DNA of 55,925 nt from an uncultured archaeon (GCA_964388035.1 CAYLZE010000022.1:1-55925), one strand, 5' to 3'; shown: positions 1 through 10,988, counted from the stretch's first letter. Made by a program: numbers and translations. Notes: a model not told the origin generated them from the sequence alone.

Positions 1-282
1 GTAATTCGCGTATGAATCTTTTCCCAACCCGAATTTCAAGTTAACTTCTCCGATTTCATTCAATCCCATCCAAGTTATTTTTGCTAATTTCACCTTATCT
101 GCTTCAGAATAGAGATTTACCCATTTTTTATCTCCTAACGATTTCAATACGGGTTGTATATCTTTCTTTTTTATACCTAATAAGGTTGCCATATCATCTG
201 CTTCCATGTGTAGTGCTTGATTGTATTCAAATTGCCGAGCAAGTAATTTGAGTGCTTTCCTTTCTAACTCTTCAGACAACAT
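1..282 (-). CDS. Hypothetical, probable winged-helix protein (3' end truncated by window edge)
   Basis: Not in ORF track. ATG at 282, open to position 1: MLSEELERKALKLLARQFEYNQALHMEADDMATLLGIKKKDIQPVLKSLGDKKWVNLY...KITWIG, a wHTH-like pattern. Confidence 0.65.
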   Translation of the reverse strand, partial: MLSEELERKALKLLARQFEYNQALHMEADDMATLLGIKKKDIQPVLKSLGDKKWVNLYSEADKVKLAKITWMGLNEIGEVNLKFGLGKDSYANY

Positions 283-551
283 TAATCACTTTAACCTTTT
301 TATCTTTTTTATTAAATAAGTTTTTTAATATTGAATTCTTATTAAAGACAAGAAATGTTTTAACCATTTAAATAAATCCTTAAAAAGTTTGAAACCAATT
401 AAGAGAGAAAATAACTTGTTATAATGAGTTATGTTTTATACAAAAAATTTAAAACAATCCGAACTATTTTGGATAAAGTTAAATAAGCAAATTGTTGTTA
501 TTATTATTATAGCATTTAAATTATATCAATATCCATGACAGATTAGATTGG

Positions 552-1376
552 ATGAAATTGGAAATTCAAATAAACAAAATCTTTTTCGAGTTTTCTAATA
601 AGGGTAGGTATCAAGTATTCAGACTTTTGCATGATAAGAAATTAAGGCATAGTGAAATTGAAACGGAATTGCCATCAATACCGGGATCTGAAATCTCACG
701 CCATTTAAAGCGATTGCTTAAAAATAATTTGATAGTTAAAGATAAAAACAATCAATATAGTATTTCGAATATTGGGCGTATATTCTACAAAATAATGGAT
801 GTTTTTGAAGTTTCTATAAAAAATGAAAGTTTTTTTAATTCTCATGACATATCTTCTATTCCCATTCATCTTTTATTGCAATTAGGAGAGCTAAAGACTT
901 TGGAAATAAGTTATAAGACAATGCTCAATATTGAGCTATGGTCGGATCTAGTTAAAAATTCAAATGAGTTCGTCTGGGCCATTTCAGATCAATTTCAGAA
1001 TTCACTTCTCCCGATTGTGGAGAAGAAACTACAAAGTAAATCCATTGAAATTCGAGCCCTAATTAACAAGGGACTTTTAAAGTCTTATAGAATACCCGGG
1101 GAATGGGCAGACATTTTCGAGGATTCTGAAAAGTTCTATAAAAGCTTGAAAATCTACAAAAATATTCGAATCCTTGATCCCTTTGAATTTTCTTTGATAG
1201 TATCTGAAAAAGGTGCGATCCTTTTCTTAAAAAAAGAAGGAGAAATTGATTACAGTCAATGTCTTATTGATAATCAACAGAGTTTTATTCAATGGACGAA
1301 AAGCTTGTTTGAAAAATATTGGAAAAAAGGAAAAGAATTGGAACCGTTTATAACGCAAGAAATGCGAAATGTATAG
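552..1376 (+). CDS. ArsR-like wHTH transcriptional regulator with DUF1724/TrmB-like C-terminal domain
   Basis: N-terminal HTH (SEISRHLKRLLKNNLI) and C-terminal 'FIQWTKSLFEKYW' typical of archaeal DUF1724 regulators. Confidence 0.75.
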   Translation: MKLEIQINKIFFEFSNKGRYQVFRLLHDKKLRHSEIETELPSIPGSEISRHLKRLLKNNLIVKDKNNQYSISNIGRIFYKIMDVFEVSIKNESFFNSHDISSIPIHLLLQLGELKTLEISYKTMLNIELWSDLVKNSNEFVWAISDQFQNSLLPIVEKKLQSKSIEIRALINKGLLKSYRIPGEWADIFEDSEKFYKSLKIYKNIRILDPFEFSLIVSEKGAILFLKKEGEIDYSQCLIDNQQSFIQWTKSLFEKYWKKGKELEPFITQEMRNV

Positions 1377-1655
1377 GTATTTTAACTTGCTATTAATCTT
1401 ATTTTTTTAGAATAAACAAGGAGAGCTTCTTCGGGATAAAAAGGGCTCATCGAACTTTATTGGAAAAATATTCATTATTCATGTTGGTATAACATTATTT
1501 TTAAAAATCAAGATTGAATGAAACATTCTATTATTTTATATCAACCCGATCAAAATTTATCATGCTAATCCCAGAAACAGAAATTGATTGAGAAAGCATA
1601 TTTTTAATGTTTCTTAAATCTTATTTAAAACTAATTACTTATAATTTTTGAAAAA

Positions 1656-2432
1656 TTGCCTGAACTTCCCGAAGTGGAGACTTTTAAGAGGTATTTAGAT
1701 TCTAATGCATTAAAGCAGGAGATTCGAGCAGTGATAGTACGAGATAATAGAGTTCTTAAAATCCCAGAACAAGTTTTCAAGAAAAAAGTGATAAAAAAAA
1801 GTTTCCTCTCAACTAAACGCCATGGTAAATACTTGTTTGTCAATATTGATTCTTCTTTTTTAATATTCCATTTTGGAATGTCAGGTGATGTGGAATACTT
1901 CGATAATATAAAGAATGAACCAACTCACAGTCGGATATTATTTGAATTTACAAATGGAAAGTTTTTATCGTATATCTCACAAAGAATGTTTGGAAAAGTG
2001 GATATGGCTAATAGCATGGAAGAATTTATTCAAAAAAAAAAATTGGGACCCGATGCTTTCGACATGGATCATGAACAATTTCAAGCCGCCATACAAAGAA
2101 GGACTGCAATCATAAAATCAGCTTTAATGGATCAACAAGTTATTGCGGGTATTGGAAATATTTATTCCGATGAAATTTTATTCCAAGCGAAAATTCACCC
2201 TAGAACTAAAATAAATAAATTAAATCCAAATGAACAAGAACTGCTTTTTAACGTTATCAAAAAAGTGTTAAAAGTGGGCATCGATAAAAAAGGAGAATTA
2301 TCCACGTATCCCGATGACTTTTTAATTCCACACCGTGATATCAAGGATAGATGCCCACGATGTCAAGAACCTATTGAGCGATATTCTTTATCCCAACGTC
2401 ATGGCTTTTTTTGTCCTAAATGTCAAAAGTAA
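1656..2432 (+). CDS. mutM: Fpg/Nei DNA glycosylase (formamidopyrimidine-DNA glycosylase)
   Basis: N-terminal PELPEV, H2TH GIGNIYSDE, C-terminal Zn finger CPRC...FCPKCQ. Confidence 0.93.
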   Translation: MPELPEVETFKRYLDSNALKQEIRAVIVRDNRVLKIPEQVFKKKVIKKSFLSTKRHGKYLFVNIDSSFLIFHFGMSGDVEYFDNIKNEPTHSRILFEFTNGKFLSYISQRMFGKVDMANSMEEFIQKKKLGPDAFDMDHEQFQAAIQRRTAIIKSALMDQQVIAGIGNIYSDEILFQAKIHPRTKINKLNPNEQELLFNVIKKVLKVGIDKKGELSTYPDDFLIPHRDIKDRCPRCQEPIERYSLSQRHGFFCPKCQK

Positions 2433-2463
2433 AAATAAAAAAAAAGAATTACTTATTAAAGGT

Positions 2464-2664
2464 TTAGTCTCTAAAGCCATAATAAAGATTGACTGACAAT
2501 AATAAACCTTCTCTAAGAGATAAGGTAAAAAAAGGTAAAATATAGAGCGCATTATCAAATTTGACCATATATAATGCTAACGCAATGATGCTAGCTGCAA
2601 AAACTAAGATAGATAATAAATTTCTTAACTTTTGTTTAAACCAACTTTTTTTGGTGTACGAGAT
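2464..2664 (-). CDS. Possible small membrane protein (66 aa) or gene remnant
   Basis: Open frame ISYTKKSWFKQKLRNLLSILVFAASIIALALYMVKFDNALYILPFF...: basic N-terminus plus hydrophobic helix. Would need an ATC start; AAGGGGA lies upstream. Confidence 0.3.
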   Translation of the reverse strand: MSYTKKSWFKQKLRNLLSILVFAASIIALALYMVKFDNALYILPFFTLSLREGLLLSVNLYYGFRD

Positions 2665-2901
2665 ATTCTAAGATATCCCCTTGGGAAAGTGAAGTATAAT
2701 CCCCTTTTTCTAAGACAAAATGTAATTAAATTTAATGGTGTGTTTTTTACAAAGAAGAATATACTATTTGTTTGGACTAATGCTTGGATTATTGATAACA
2801 AAAAGGCCAATTAATAGCATAAACAATAAATTTATATATATTAAGATAATAGTTTTAAGATGGTGTTTAAAATAATATTAATTAATTTATAAGTTCAAAT
2901 A

Positions 2902-3747
2902 GTGGTTAGAATGGGCAAAATAACTAGACTTGATACTAAAATATTGTTAGATGGTTTAAAATTTCCTGAAGATCCACGATGGCATGAGGATAAACTATGG
3001 TTTTCCGACATGGAAGCTCATAAAGTGATGACTATTGATATGAATGGAAAGACGGAAACATTATTTGAGAGACCTAATCGGGTATCCGGTTTAGGTTGGC
3101 TTCCTGATGGTTCGCTTATAATTGTCTCCATGGAGGATAGTAGATTGTTAAAATTTCAATCGGGAAAGATAACAGAACATGTTAATTTAAGTAAATTTGC
3201 AACTTTCTTTCTCAATGACATGTTAATTGATAAAAAGGGGCGTATTTATGTGGGAAATTTTGGTTTTGATTATTTTAATCAAGCACCCTTTAAACCTACA
3301 AATTTAATAATGGTATCCCCAGAAGGAGTTCCAAAAATAGTCGCTGAGGACATGGCATTTCCTAATGGCATGGTGATCACTCCTGATGATAAGACATTCA
3401 TTATTGCGGAGACATTTGCGGCTCGTCTTACAGCATTTACTATTAATGAGGATGGAACTTTAAAAGATCGTAGAATATGGGCGAACATGAAATCTTTAGC
3501 TCCAGATGGGATATGCCTTGATGAAGAAGGAGGTATTTGGGTAGCTGCTCCTGGACGGCATAGAGTGGCACGAGTTTTAAAAGGAGGAGACATAACGCAT
3601 GTTGTAAAGGTTGAGAATGATGCGTATGCGTGCATTTTAGGAGGTCCTAAAAGACGCCGACTTTTTATCGCAACCTCAGATCATTCGCGTAGCATTGGTA
3701 AAATTGAATACGTGGATGTGGAGTTTGCTGCAGCAGGTCTTCCTTAA
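2902..3747 (+). CDS. SMP-30/gluconolactonase/LRE family protein
   Basis: FPEDPRW, LNDM, FPNGMVITPD, PDGICLDEEG motifs. Confidence 0.9.
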   Translation: MVRMGKITRLDTKILLDGLKFPEDPRWHEDKLWFSDMEAHKVMTIDMNGKTETLFERPNRVSGLGWLPDGSLIIVSMEDSRLLKFQSGKITEHVNLSKFATFFLNDMLIDKKGRIYVGNFGFDYFNQAPFKPTNLIMVSPEGVPKIVAEDMAFPNGMVITPDDKTFIIAETFAARLTAFTINEDGTLKDRRIWANMKSLAPDGICLDEEGGIWVAAPGRHRVARVLKGGDITHVVKVENDAYACILGGPKRRRLFIATSDHSRSIGKIEYVDVEFAAAGLP

Positions 3748-3857
3748 TCTTCCTTAATTTCTTTTTTTTATAATATCTTATTGTTGTTATAAATGAACTA
3801 TTTTCTTGTTACCTCCCTTGCAAAATCCTTTAATAATCGATATTCTTTATTTGGTAT

Positions 3858-4577
3858 TTATTCTTCAATTTTTGACCGAGTAAAAAGAGTTAAAATAAAA
3901 TCGGGCATCATGTATCCAATGTAAAATTCAATAGCACTTGATACTAGAATTATTCTCGCAAATGGAGTAGATATTATAACATCAATAGCTGTTCCGATAC
4001 AAAAAGATAAAAATGCAATGAGAAGAAATTTTCCTTTTAAACGAATTGTGATGTTCTCTGATTTTAAGGATCGTATCGAAAAGAATAAACCCGTGGAAAA
4101 AACGAGGATTAAATTAAATAAGAGAAAGACTATAATGAATATGTCATAATCAATGTCCACGGGATTCAACATTTCTCCAATTAAAGCTGGAGTTGTAAAT
4201 AATAAATACAAGAAAATAATTTCAAAAATAGTGGATATGCTAATATAAATAGTTAGAGTGACCTTCTTTCGTCTTATCCCTAATAAATCGATCATGGCTA
4301 ATAGCCAACAGAGTACGAAGAATGGGATAAAAAAATTGCCAATGAAAACATAGGACACAAAATCAAGACCAATTCCGTCTATTAAAGTTATTATGAATGA
4401 TATACTTGAAGGCCACCACGGTTCACTGAGTCCAATCCAAGCAAGTCCAACTAAGAGAAGATTATTTTTTTTATGCTCAAAATATCTCATTGCAATCAAT
4501 AATCCTACGATTACGCTAATAACAACGAAGAAAATACTCGAAATTCCGTTGACAATTAAGAGAGGAGCTACTTCTAT
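3858..4577 (-). CDS. Multi-pass membrane protein (about 7 TM), probably starting at ATA 4577
   Basis: ORF track starts mid-helix at 4499. The frame stays open and hydrophobic (IEVAPLLIVNGISSIFFVVISVIVGL) to the stop at 4601-4599; AAGGA lies upstream of ATA 4577. Confidence 0.7.
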   Translation of the reverse strand: MEVAPLLIVNGISSIFFVVISVIVGLLIAMRYFEHKKNNLLLVGLAWIGLSEPWWPSSISFIITLIDGIGLDFVSYVFIGNFFIPFFVLCWLLAMIDLLGIRRKKVTLTIYISISTIFEIIFLYLLFTTPALIGEMLNPVDIDYDIFIIVFLLFNLILVFSTGLFFSIRSLKSENITIRLKGKFLLIAFLSFCIGTAIDVIISTPFARIILVSSAIEFYIGYMMPDFILTLFTRSKIEE

Positions 4578-4700
4578 CTTTCTATATCCTTTTACTTTTT
4601 ACAAATTACATGATAATTCGATTATTTAAGCTTATTTAATAGCGATTCTAATATGGTAATCACATGTAAATCAAAAAACAATCATTATTAGTATTTTTAC

Positions 4701-4718
4701 CATGATGAATACATCATG
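4701..4718. promoter_or_regulatory. Perfect 7-bp inverted repeat CATGATG-aata-CATCATG, possible operator
   Basis: Seen directly in intergenic DNA upstream of the 4577 gene. Confidence 0.3.
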
Positions 4719-4865
4719 CTTTAACTCTCAAATTGGCATGATTCATGGATAACATCATTATTCTGAAATCGGAGAAGGACAACTCCCGAATTGAAAGGGC
4801 TTTTATTTAAAAATTAGGAAGAGACTAATAAAAAAGTGTAAAAAGAGAGAATTCAATATTTAGGT

Positions 4866-5348
4866 TTAATGATGATGATCGCATTCGGCACCGCATTCTT
4901 CACAGGCATCGGGTTCGCAGCCAGTTTCTATTATTTTAATCTTGAAATTTAAAGCTTGACCGGCTAAGGGATGATTTAAATCTAAGGTAACAATATCATC
5001 ATCGATTTGCTTAATGGAAGCAGGAATTGGTTGCCCTTCGTCATTACCTCGTAAAAAAATTGTCATGCCTATCTTAGGTTCATGTTCTGGAGGAAATTGA
5101 TCCTTAGACACGGAATGAATTAAATCTTCTTGATATTCACCATACGCTTCCGAAGGATTTAAATGGATATTATATTCTTCCCCCACAGATTTTCCAATTA
5201 CGGAATCATCAAATCCAGAAATAAGTTGTCCCGAACCAACCTCAAATTTTAACGGTACGCCCCCATTTCTTTCAGTACTGTCAAATTCAGTTCCATTATC
5301 TAATGTGCCGATGTATTCAACTTTTATAATATCTCCTTTTTTTATCAT
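4866..5348 (-). CDS. slyD: FKBP-type peptidyl-prolyl isomerase (SlyD-like) with Cys/His tail
   Basis: FDST, EAYGE, DLNHPLAGQAL motifs; tail CEPDACEECGAECDHHH. Confidence 0.9.
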   Translation of the reverse strand: MIKKGDIIKVEYIGTLDNGTEFDSTERNGGVPLKFEVGSGQLISGFDDSVIGKSVGEEYNIHLNPSEAYGEYQEDLIHSVSKDQFPPEHEPKIGMTIFLRGNDEGQPIPASIKQIDDDIVTLDLNHPLAGQALNFKIKIIETGCEPDACEECGAECDHHH

Positions 5349-5585
5349 GATTAATTTTTTTGTTTAGCTAATTTTAGTAGGAAAAGTGAAGGAAGGCTTA
5401 TTATTTAATTGATTATAAAGAATAAATTAAATTGGAACTTTATTTGCTTTCTCTCTTAATACCGTTTATTATGAAAATATTATGAGAACAAGTTTTTCTG
5501 ATTAACAAATTTCCATGATTATGGCAGTATAAAGAAAGAGGAGCATTTAGATATGTTTTAATTTTTTTATTAATTTCACGAATAA

Positions 5586-6821
5586 ATGGAGGTTATATCT
5601 ACGAATAAGAAAATAAAAACAAAAGCAAATATAATCCTGTTTTCTGTTTTGCTGGCCAATTTTATTAGAAACCTTGGAGCATCAATTGTCGACATCGGTT
5701 TGCCCCAATTTGTGTTAAGTTTGGCGGGTTCTCTAAGCTCCTACGGTTTAATTATTGGGGCTTATTCATTAACACAAGGATTTTGTCAATTCCCAATTGC
5801 ATACTATTCAGACAAATTCGGTAGAAAGAAGATGGTGATGCTTGGCATGCTCATTTACATTACCGGAACATTCTTATGTTTTACGGCGCAATCCATTATT
5901 CAATTAATAATATATAGGGCGATACAGGGTGCAGGAGCATACAGCTCGATAATGCAAGCGATCATTGCCGATTCTTTTAATAAAGATAAGCAAGGAAAGG
6001 CAATGTCTCTATATTCTTTTTCTTTAACACTTGGATATTTTGGAGGTATCGTGATTGGAGGTTATATCACTTACTATCTAAATTTTCGAGCGATTTTTTT
6101 AATTTCGGGATCCTTAGCCGTGATTTCACTCATTCTTATCATTCTACTATTAAAGGACGTGAAGAAAAAAAAAAATGAAGAGATTGTAATGCTTAAACAG
6201 GATCAAGTAACCGAAGTTACTCAAAGAGGGCTTAAATTTAAAAAGATAAGAAAACTATTAGGACAATCCCAATATCGATTTGCCGTTTTATTGAATTTAG
6301 TGAGATGGTTTCTATTCGGTGGCGTTGTTGCTTACTTGATTTGGGTTCTTCAGATTCATTTTGGCTTAACCTCTATAGTAACTAGTTATTTCCTTCTAAT
6401 GATAGTTGCCTTCTATGTTTCTTTTGTATTAATTTCGGGAAAATTAATAGATAAATTTGGAACTAAACAAATGTTGCTAACAGGGCAAATTCTAATAATT
6501 GTGTTTGGCTGCTTTTATATAATTGTAAGTTTTACAAATAATTTATTTATCTTTATTGTCGCATCGATGTTCTCAGGCATAGGATTTGCAATGTTCCAAA
6601 CTTCAGCTAACACTAACCTATTAAAAACAATAGTTCAAATTGATCCTAAATTAAAGGGAACAGGATTTGGCTTTAATAATACTCTTGGATTCTTATTTTC
6701 TTCATTAGGTCCAATCACTCTTAGTTTTATCGGAGAAATATCGATATTTTTGCCGTATTATTACATAACAAGCTTGGTTATAGTTGCATTTATAATCACG
6801 TTAAGATTAATTGAGAAATGA
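5586..6821 (+). CDS. MFS transporter (DHA1-like), paralog 1
   Basis: SDKFGRKK motif A, RAIQGAG motif B, about 12 TM. Confidence 0.9.
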   Translation: MEVISTNKKIKTKANIILFSVLLANFIRNLGASIVDIGLPQFVLSLAGSLSSYGLIIGAYSLTQGFCQFPIAYYSDKFGRKKMVMLGMLIYITGTFLCFTAQSIIQLIIYRAIQGAGAYSSIMQAIIADSFNKDKQGKAMSLYSFSLTLGYFGGIVIGGYITYYLNFRAIFLISGSLAVISLILIILLLKDVKKKKNEEIVMLKQDQVTEVTQRGLKFKKIRKLLGQSQYRFAVLLNLVRWFLFGGVVAYLIWVLQIHFGLTSIVTSYFLLMIVAFYVSFVLISGKLIDKFGTKQMLLTGQILIIVFGCFYIIVSFTNNLFIFIVASMFSGIGFAMFQTSANTNLLKTIVQIDPKLKGTGFGFNNTLGFLFSSLGPITLSFIGEISIFLPYYYITSLVIVAFIITLRLIEK

Positions 6822-6923
6822 AACTAAAGTTTATTATCATTTAGTTAAATCGAAAATTAAGAACATTAAAGAAGAATAAATATCCTTAAAAAGTGCTTAT
6901 TTTTAAATCATTTTTTGAAATAA

Positions 6924-7076
6924 TTTGGGGTACTTCTCTCAGAATGGTTTTTAAAAGAAATTTTTGATATTATTATTTATCCAATTTCATTATTACTGGT
7001 AATCATTGGAATTATCCTGGTCAATAATGAAGGAAATGTTCAAAAAATTGTTATTAAAGAAGAAAATCTAGTCTAA
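6924..7076 (+). pseudogene. 3' remnant of an EamA/DMT transporter gene; inverted copy of 12124-12237
   Basis: Translates FGVLLSEWFLKEIFDIIIYPISLLLVIIGIILVNNEGN...; 7 mismatches in 114 nt versus the EamA gene end; preceded by in-frame TAA and has no start. Confidence 0.88.
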
Positions 7077-7331
7077 ACATTCATAGGCTCTAGTGACTAA
7101 CCTCGCATCTCCAACGTCTCAATGATAACTAGATTTGTAATAAGAACTATTTATTATGAATATTACTTGTTTAAGATCTCATCAAAAATGCGGGAGAACT
7201 CTCTTTCTGTATTTTAATTAAAAATGTAAAAACCGAAAAATACAAAAGTACAAAAACTAATCCAAAATTTAATTGAATTGTTATTTTGTTCTATTTCTTA
7301 TGATAGAATAATAATAGATGAGTTGATTTGA

Positions 7332-7958
7332 ATGGATTTAATACAAGAAATTGTAGAATTAAATGATATTAAAGCGAAAGAAATAATTGAGGAAAAGCTC
7401 TCCAAAAATGAGGATCCCTTATCAATAATGAACGATATTAAGATTGCTATGAAAAAGATAGGGGATAAATTCCAAAATAAAGAATATTTCTTACCCGATT
7501 TAATAATGTCGGGAGAAATTTTAAGTGAGGCTTTTAAAATACTTGCTCCACATTTAAAAAAAGGAACGAATCTGGAGGAAAAGAAAGGAAAAGTCCTTTT
7601 AGGGACTGTTGCAGGCGATATTCATGATATTGGAAAGGACGTTGTGAAATTTATGCTAGACGTGAATGGATTCGAAGTGTTAGACTTAGGAGTAGATGTA
7701 CCAGCAGAAAAATTTATACAAAATATGAAAGAATTTAAGCCTCATATTGTGGCATTAAGTGGATTTTTAACATTAGCTTTTGATTCTATGAAAAATATAA
7801 TTCAAAAAATTAAAGATGAGGGGTTAAGAGATAACGTGAAAATTATGATTGGAGGGGGAACGCTTGATCAAACTATTGTGGAATACGTGGATGCAGATGC
7901 TTATGGGGAAAGTGCAGTTGAAGCCGTGGATTTAGCTTCTAAATGGATGGAGGTGTAA
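7332..7958 (+). CDS. Corrinoid (B12-binding) protein, MtaC/MttC-like
   Basis: Cap domain (YFLPDLIMSG) plus GDIHDIGK B12 motif, SG, IGG. Confidence 0.92.
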   Translation: MDLIQEIVELNDIKAKEIIEEKLSKNEDPLSIMNDIKIAMKKIGDKFQNKEYFLPDLIMSGEILSEAFKILAPHLKKGTNLEEKKGKVLLGTVAGDIHDIGKDVVKFMLDVNGFEVLDLGVDVPAEKFIQNMKEFKPHIVALSGFLTLAFDSMKNIIQKIKDEGLRDNVKIMIGGGTLDQTIVEYVDADAYGESAVEAVDLASKWMEV

Positions 7959-7965
7959 CTTAATT

Positions 7966-9285
7966 TTGAAGAAATCTAAAGCAGAACAACTTATTAAAGA
8001 GAAACTTCAAAGAGTTAATGATGCAATTAACCTAAAAGAACCAGATCGCGTACCAATTACGCCATCAATAAATGCCTTTTTTCCTGCTGAACAAGAAGGA
8101 TTTTCATATAAAGATGCAATGTATAAAGGGGGTAAGTTTTATAAAGCTGCTCGCAAAATTTGCATGCGTTATGAATGGGATCTTTATCCTGATGCCCAGA
8201 TCGCCCCAATAGGGAGATTCTTAGATGCTTTTGGTGCAAAGACCTTTAAATGGCCCGGTGCACATAATCCAGAGGATTGTTTAGGAGATAATCAACCTTT
8301 TCAAGCTACTGAAATAGAATATATGAAGGCTGAGGATTATGATAAATTTCTTAAAGATCCCACAGGATACATGCTTCGTAATGTCATACCCGCTCAGAAT
8401 ACAAATCTAAAAGCTTTTAAGGATTTTCCTGATCTTGATTGGTTATGTGGCATGTTTTCAGGAATCGGAGTTGCATTGTGGTTGATGAATAAAGACTTAA
8501 AAAAATTTAGGAACTCTATGAGAAAAGCATATATGGGTATGATAGGTCAATTAATTGGACTGAAAGCTTATAAAAAAAAGCTTGAAAGAGCGGGAAAACC
8601 ATTAGGTGGGATGACTTCTGGTATGGTACAAGCGCCTTTTGATATGATCTCAGATATGATTAGAGGCATGCGCGGAGCTATGTTAGATATGTATAAGCAT
8701 CCAGAAGAATTAAAAAAAGCTTGTGATTTACTTATCGAACCTCAACTTAATACCTTGAGAATGGGAGGTGGGTTGACTGCTTCGATAGGATGTATGACCG
8801 ATGGCGCACCTCCTTTAGTTTTTATACCTCTTCACAGAGGAGCAGATGGTTTTATGTCTAATAAACAATTTGAACAATTTTATTGGCCCGGTTTAAAAAA
8901 AGTTATGGAAGGTTTAATTGAAATAGGTTTAATTCCAGAGCCTTTCTTTGAAGGAGGATATAATGAAAGATTAGTTTATCTGACAGAATTTGCAAAAGAG
9001 CATAAAGGTCAAGTAGTATATTGGTTTGATAGAACAGATATTAGGAAAGCCAAAGAGATGATGGGAGATTATGTGTGTATAAGAGGAAATATTCCCGCAT
9101 CGTTATTTGTAACAGGTACTCCTAAACAAATGGATGAATATGTGAAGAAATGCATAGAAGATTGTGCCGAAGGTGGAGGATATTTAGTTGATGGTGGTGT
9201 TGTTGGAATCCCAAATGAGGCAAGACATGAAAATGTTGCTGCAATGACTGAAGCTGTATACAAATATGGAGTATATAGAAAATAA
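7966..9285 (+). CDS. Uroporphyrinogen decarboxylase-family (MtaA/CmuA-like) methyltransferase
   Basis: EPDRVP start, PLHRGADGFMS, FYWP, RGNIP, GGGY motifs; 7 nt downstream of the corrinoid gene. Confidence 0.85.
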   Translation: MKKSKAEQLIKEKLQRVNDAINLKEPDRVPITPSINAFFPAEQEGFSYKDAMYKGGKFYKAARKICMRYEWDLYPDAQIAPIGRFLDAFGAKTFKWPGAHNPEDCLGDNQPFQATEIEYMKAEDYDKFLKDPTGYMLRNVIPAQNTNLKAFKDFPDLDWLCGMFSGIGVALWLMNKDLKKFRNSMRKAYMGMIGQLIGLKAYKKKLERAGKPLGGMTSGMVQAPFDMISDMIRGMRGAMLDMYKHPEELKKACDLLIEPQLNTLRMGGGLTASIGCMTDGAPPLVFIPLHRGADGFMSNKQFEQFYWPGLKKVMEGLIEIGLIPEPFFEGGYNERLVYLTEFAKEHKGQVVYWFDRTDIRKAKEMMGDYVCIRGNIPASLFVTGTPKQMDEYVKKCIEDCAEGGGYLVDGGVVGIPNEARHENVAAMTEAVYKYGVYRK

Positions 9286-9658
9286 TTTCTTAATCTCTCA
9301 GTAATTTTTTTAATCTATTATTTTTTTATGAAACCTACATGTGATTGAATCCCAAAGGAATATTAACTTATGATTTACGTTAAATAATACTTTTTTAAGC
9401 TTTTTATTATCTTATTTTTTAATAGTAGTAAAAATGTTAAACTTATTTTTGATTTGAATGAACTGTGTATTTGAAAATGGTTATATATCTTTTTATTCCT
9501 TGGAAGAAGAATTCTACAAAATTAAAGCTTTGGAAGTAATTTAAAGGTTTTTTACCTACGTAACAAAGTAATTTAAATAATTTAAAACCATACAACGTTT
9601 TGAAAAAAAATAATTTAAAGATAACAAATTTTTATTTTTTAGTTAATTTCTAAAATAA

Positions 9659-10879
9659 ATGCAAAATGAATCAGAGCCTATTAAAAGAAGGATTAATATT
9701 GAAATTTTTTTATTTATAATTCTTATTTCCAACTTTTTTAGAAATTTAGGTACAAGTATAGTAGATATTGGGCTGCCTCATTTTATTCTAAGCTTATCGG
9801 GAACCTTAATTTCCTATGGGATAGTAGTTGGTATTTTTTCTGTCACTCAGTCCATATTTCAATTTCCAATCGCATCCGCGTCAGATAAATATGGAAGGAA
9901 GTTAATGATAGGAATTGGAATGAGTGTTTACATTGCTGGGACATTATTATGCTACTTCGCAGAAACAATTGCCGAGTTAGTATTGTTTAGAGCTGTACAA
10001 GGAGCGGGAGCATATAGCTCCATTCTTCAAGCGATGACAGGTGAACATTTTGAAAAGGAAAAACAAGGAAGAGCCATGTCTCTTTATTCGTTTAGCCTTA
10101 GCTTAGGATATTTTGGCGGAATTGTAATTGGAGGATATCTTGCTTACTATTTTAATTTTCGGTTTGTTTTTCTCATCTCAGGAACATTAGCTTTTATTTC
10201 ATTGATTTTAATTTTTACTTTTTTTAAAAATTCCGGAAAAAGTAATATTTCTAACCATGATGATTCTTCTGAGAAACGTAAAAAAAGCGATTTCTTAAAT
10301 AATATTAAAATTTTAATGACGGATCGACAGTTTTTTTTAACAGTAATTTTAAATAGCATTAGATGGATGTTCATGAATGGGAGCATGGTATTCATGATTT
10401 GGGTTTTGGAGATTCATTGGGGTTTTAATGAAATTGAAACAAGTTATCTCATGATTTTTATTGTTCTAGCCTATGTTTCCACCATTCTCTTTGGTGGTCA
10501 ATTAGTGGATAGATTTGGTTCTAAAAGAATATTGATGTTGGGACAAATATTTGTTATTCTATCGGGATTTTTATTTTTTTCTTTGATGATTTCAATGATT
10601 TTTGTTGTTTTTTTTATTGGTGCCGTTATTTCGGGAATCGGTTTTGCATTATGTCTAACCTCAGGAAATGCAAATATTTCTAATGTAATCGAGAAAAACG
10701 ATCCAAGCCTGAAAGGATCGGGATTTGGGTTGAATAATACAGTAGGATTTATCTGTGGTGCCTTAGGGCCGATAATAATCAGTTATTTAGGAATATTTTC
10801 AATATATTTTCCCTTTTATTTCATTACGATAATAATATTTATTGCCCTTCTGGTTACTTTAAAATTTATCGAGGCTTAA
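9659..10879 (+). CDS. MFS transporter, paralog 2
   Basis: SDKYGRK, RAVQGAGAYSSI; clearly paralogous to 5586. Confidence 0.9.
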   Translation: MQNESEPIKRRINIEIFLFIILISNFFRNLGTSIVDIGLPHFILSLSGTLISYGIVVGIFSVTQSIFQFPIASASDKYGRKLMIGIGMSVYIAGTLLCYFAETIAELVLFRAVQGAGAYSSILQAMTGEHFEKEKQGRAMSLYSFSLSLGYFGGIVIGGYLAYYFNFRFVFLISGTLAFISLILIFTFFKNSGKSNISNHDDSSEKRKKSDFLNNIKILMTDRQFFLTVILNSIRWMFMNGSMVFMIWVLEIHWGFNEIETSYLMIFIVLAYVSTILFGGQLVDRFGSKRILMLGQIFVILSGFLFFSLMISMIFVVFFIGAVISGIGFALCLTSGNANISNVIEKNDPSLKGSGFGLNNTVGFICGALGPIIISYLGIFSIYFPFYFITIIIFIALLVTLKFIEA

Positions 10880-10988
10880 GAGAATTATTATATTCCCTTA
10901 AGAGTGAAATTATAGAAGGAATTAAAAAAACTATTTATATACCTATAACCTTAAAGAATTATTGGTATTGGGATGATTATTAGCCGTT

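Noticed and set aside
2625-2814. Overlapping 60-61 aa ORFs on both strands
   Set aside because: AT-rich intergenic/promoter sequence with no motif support
7081-7330. Possible cobalamin riboswitch upstream of the corrinoid gene
   Set aside because: No B12-box or GGGAA core motifs visible
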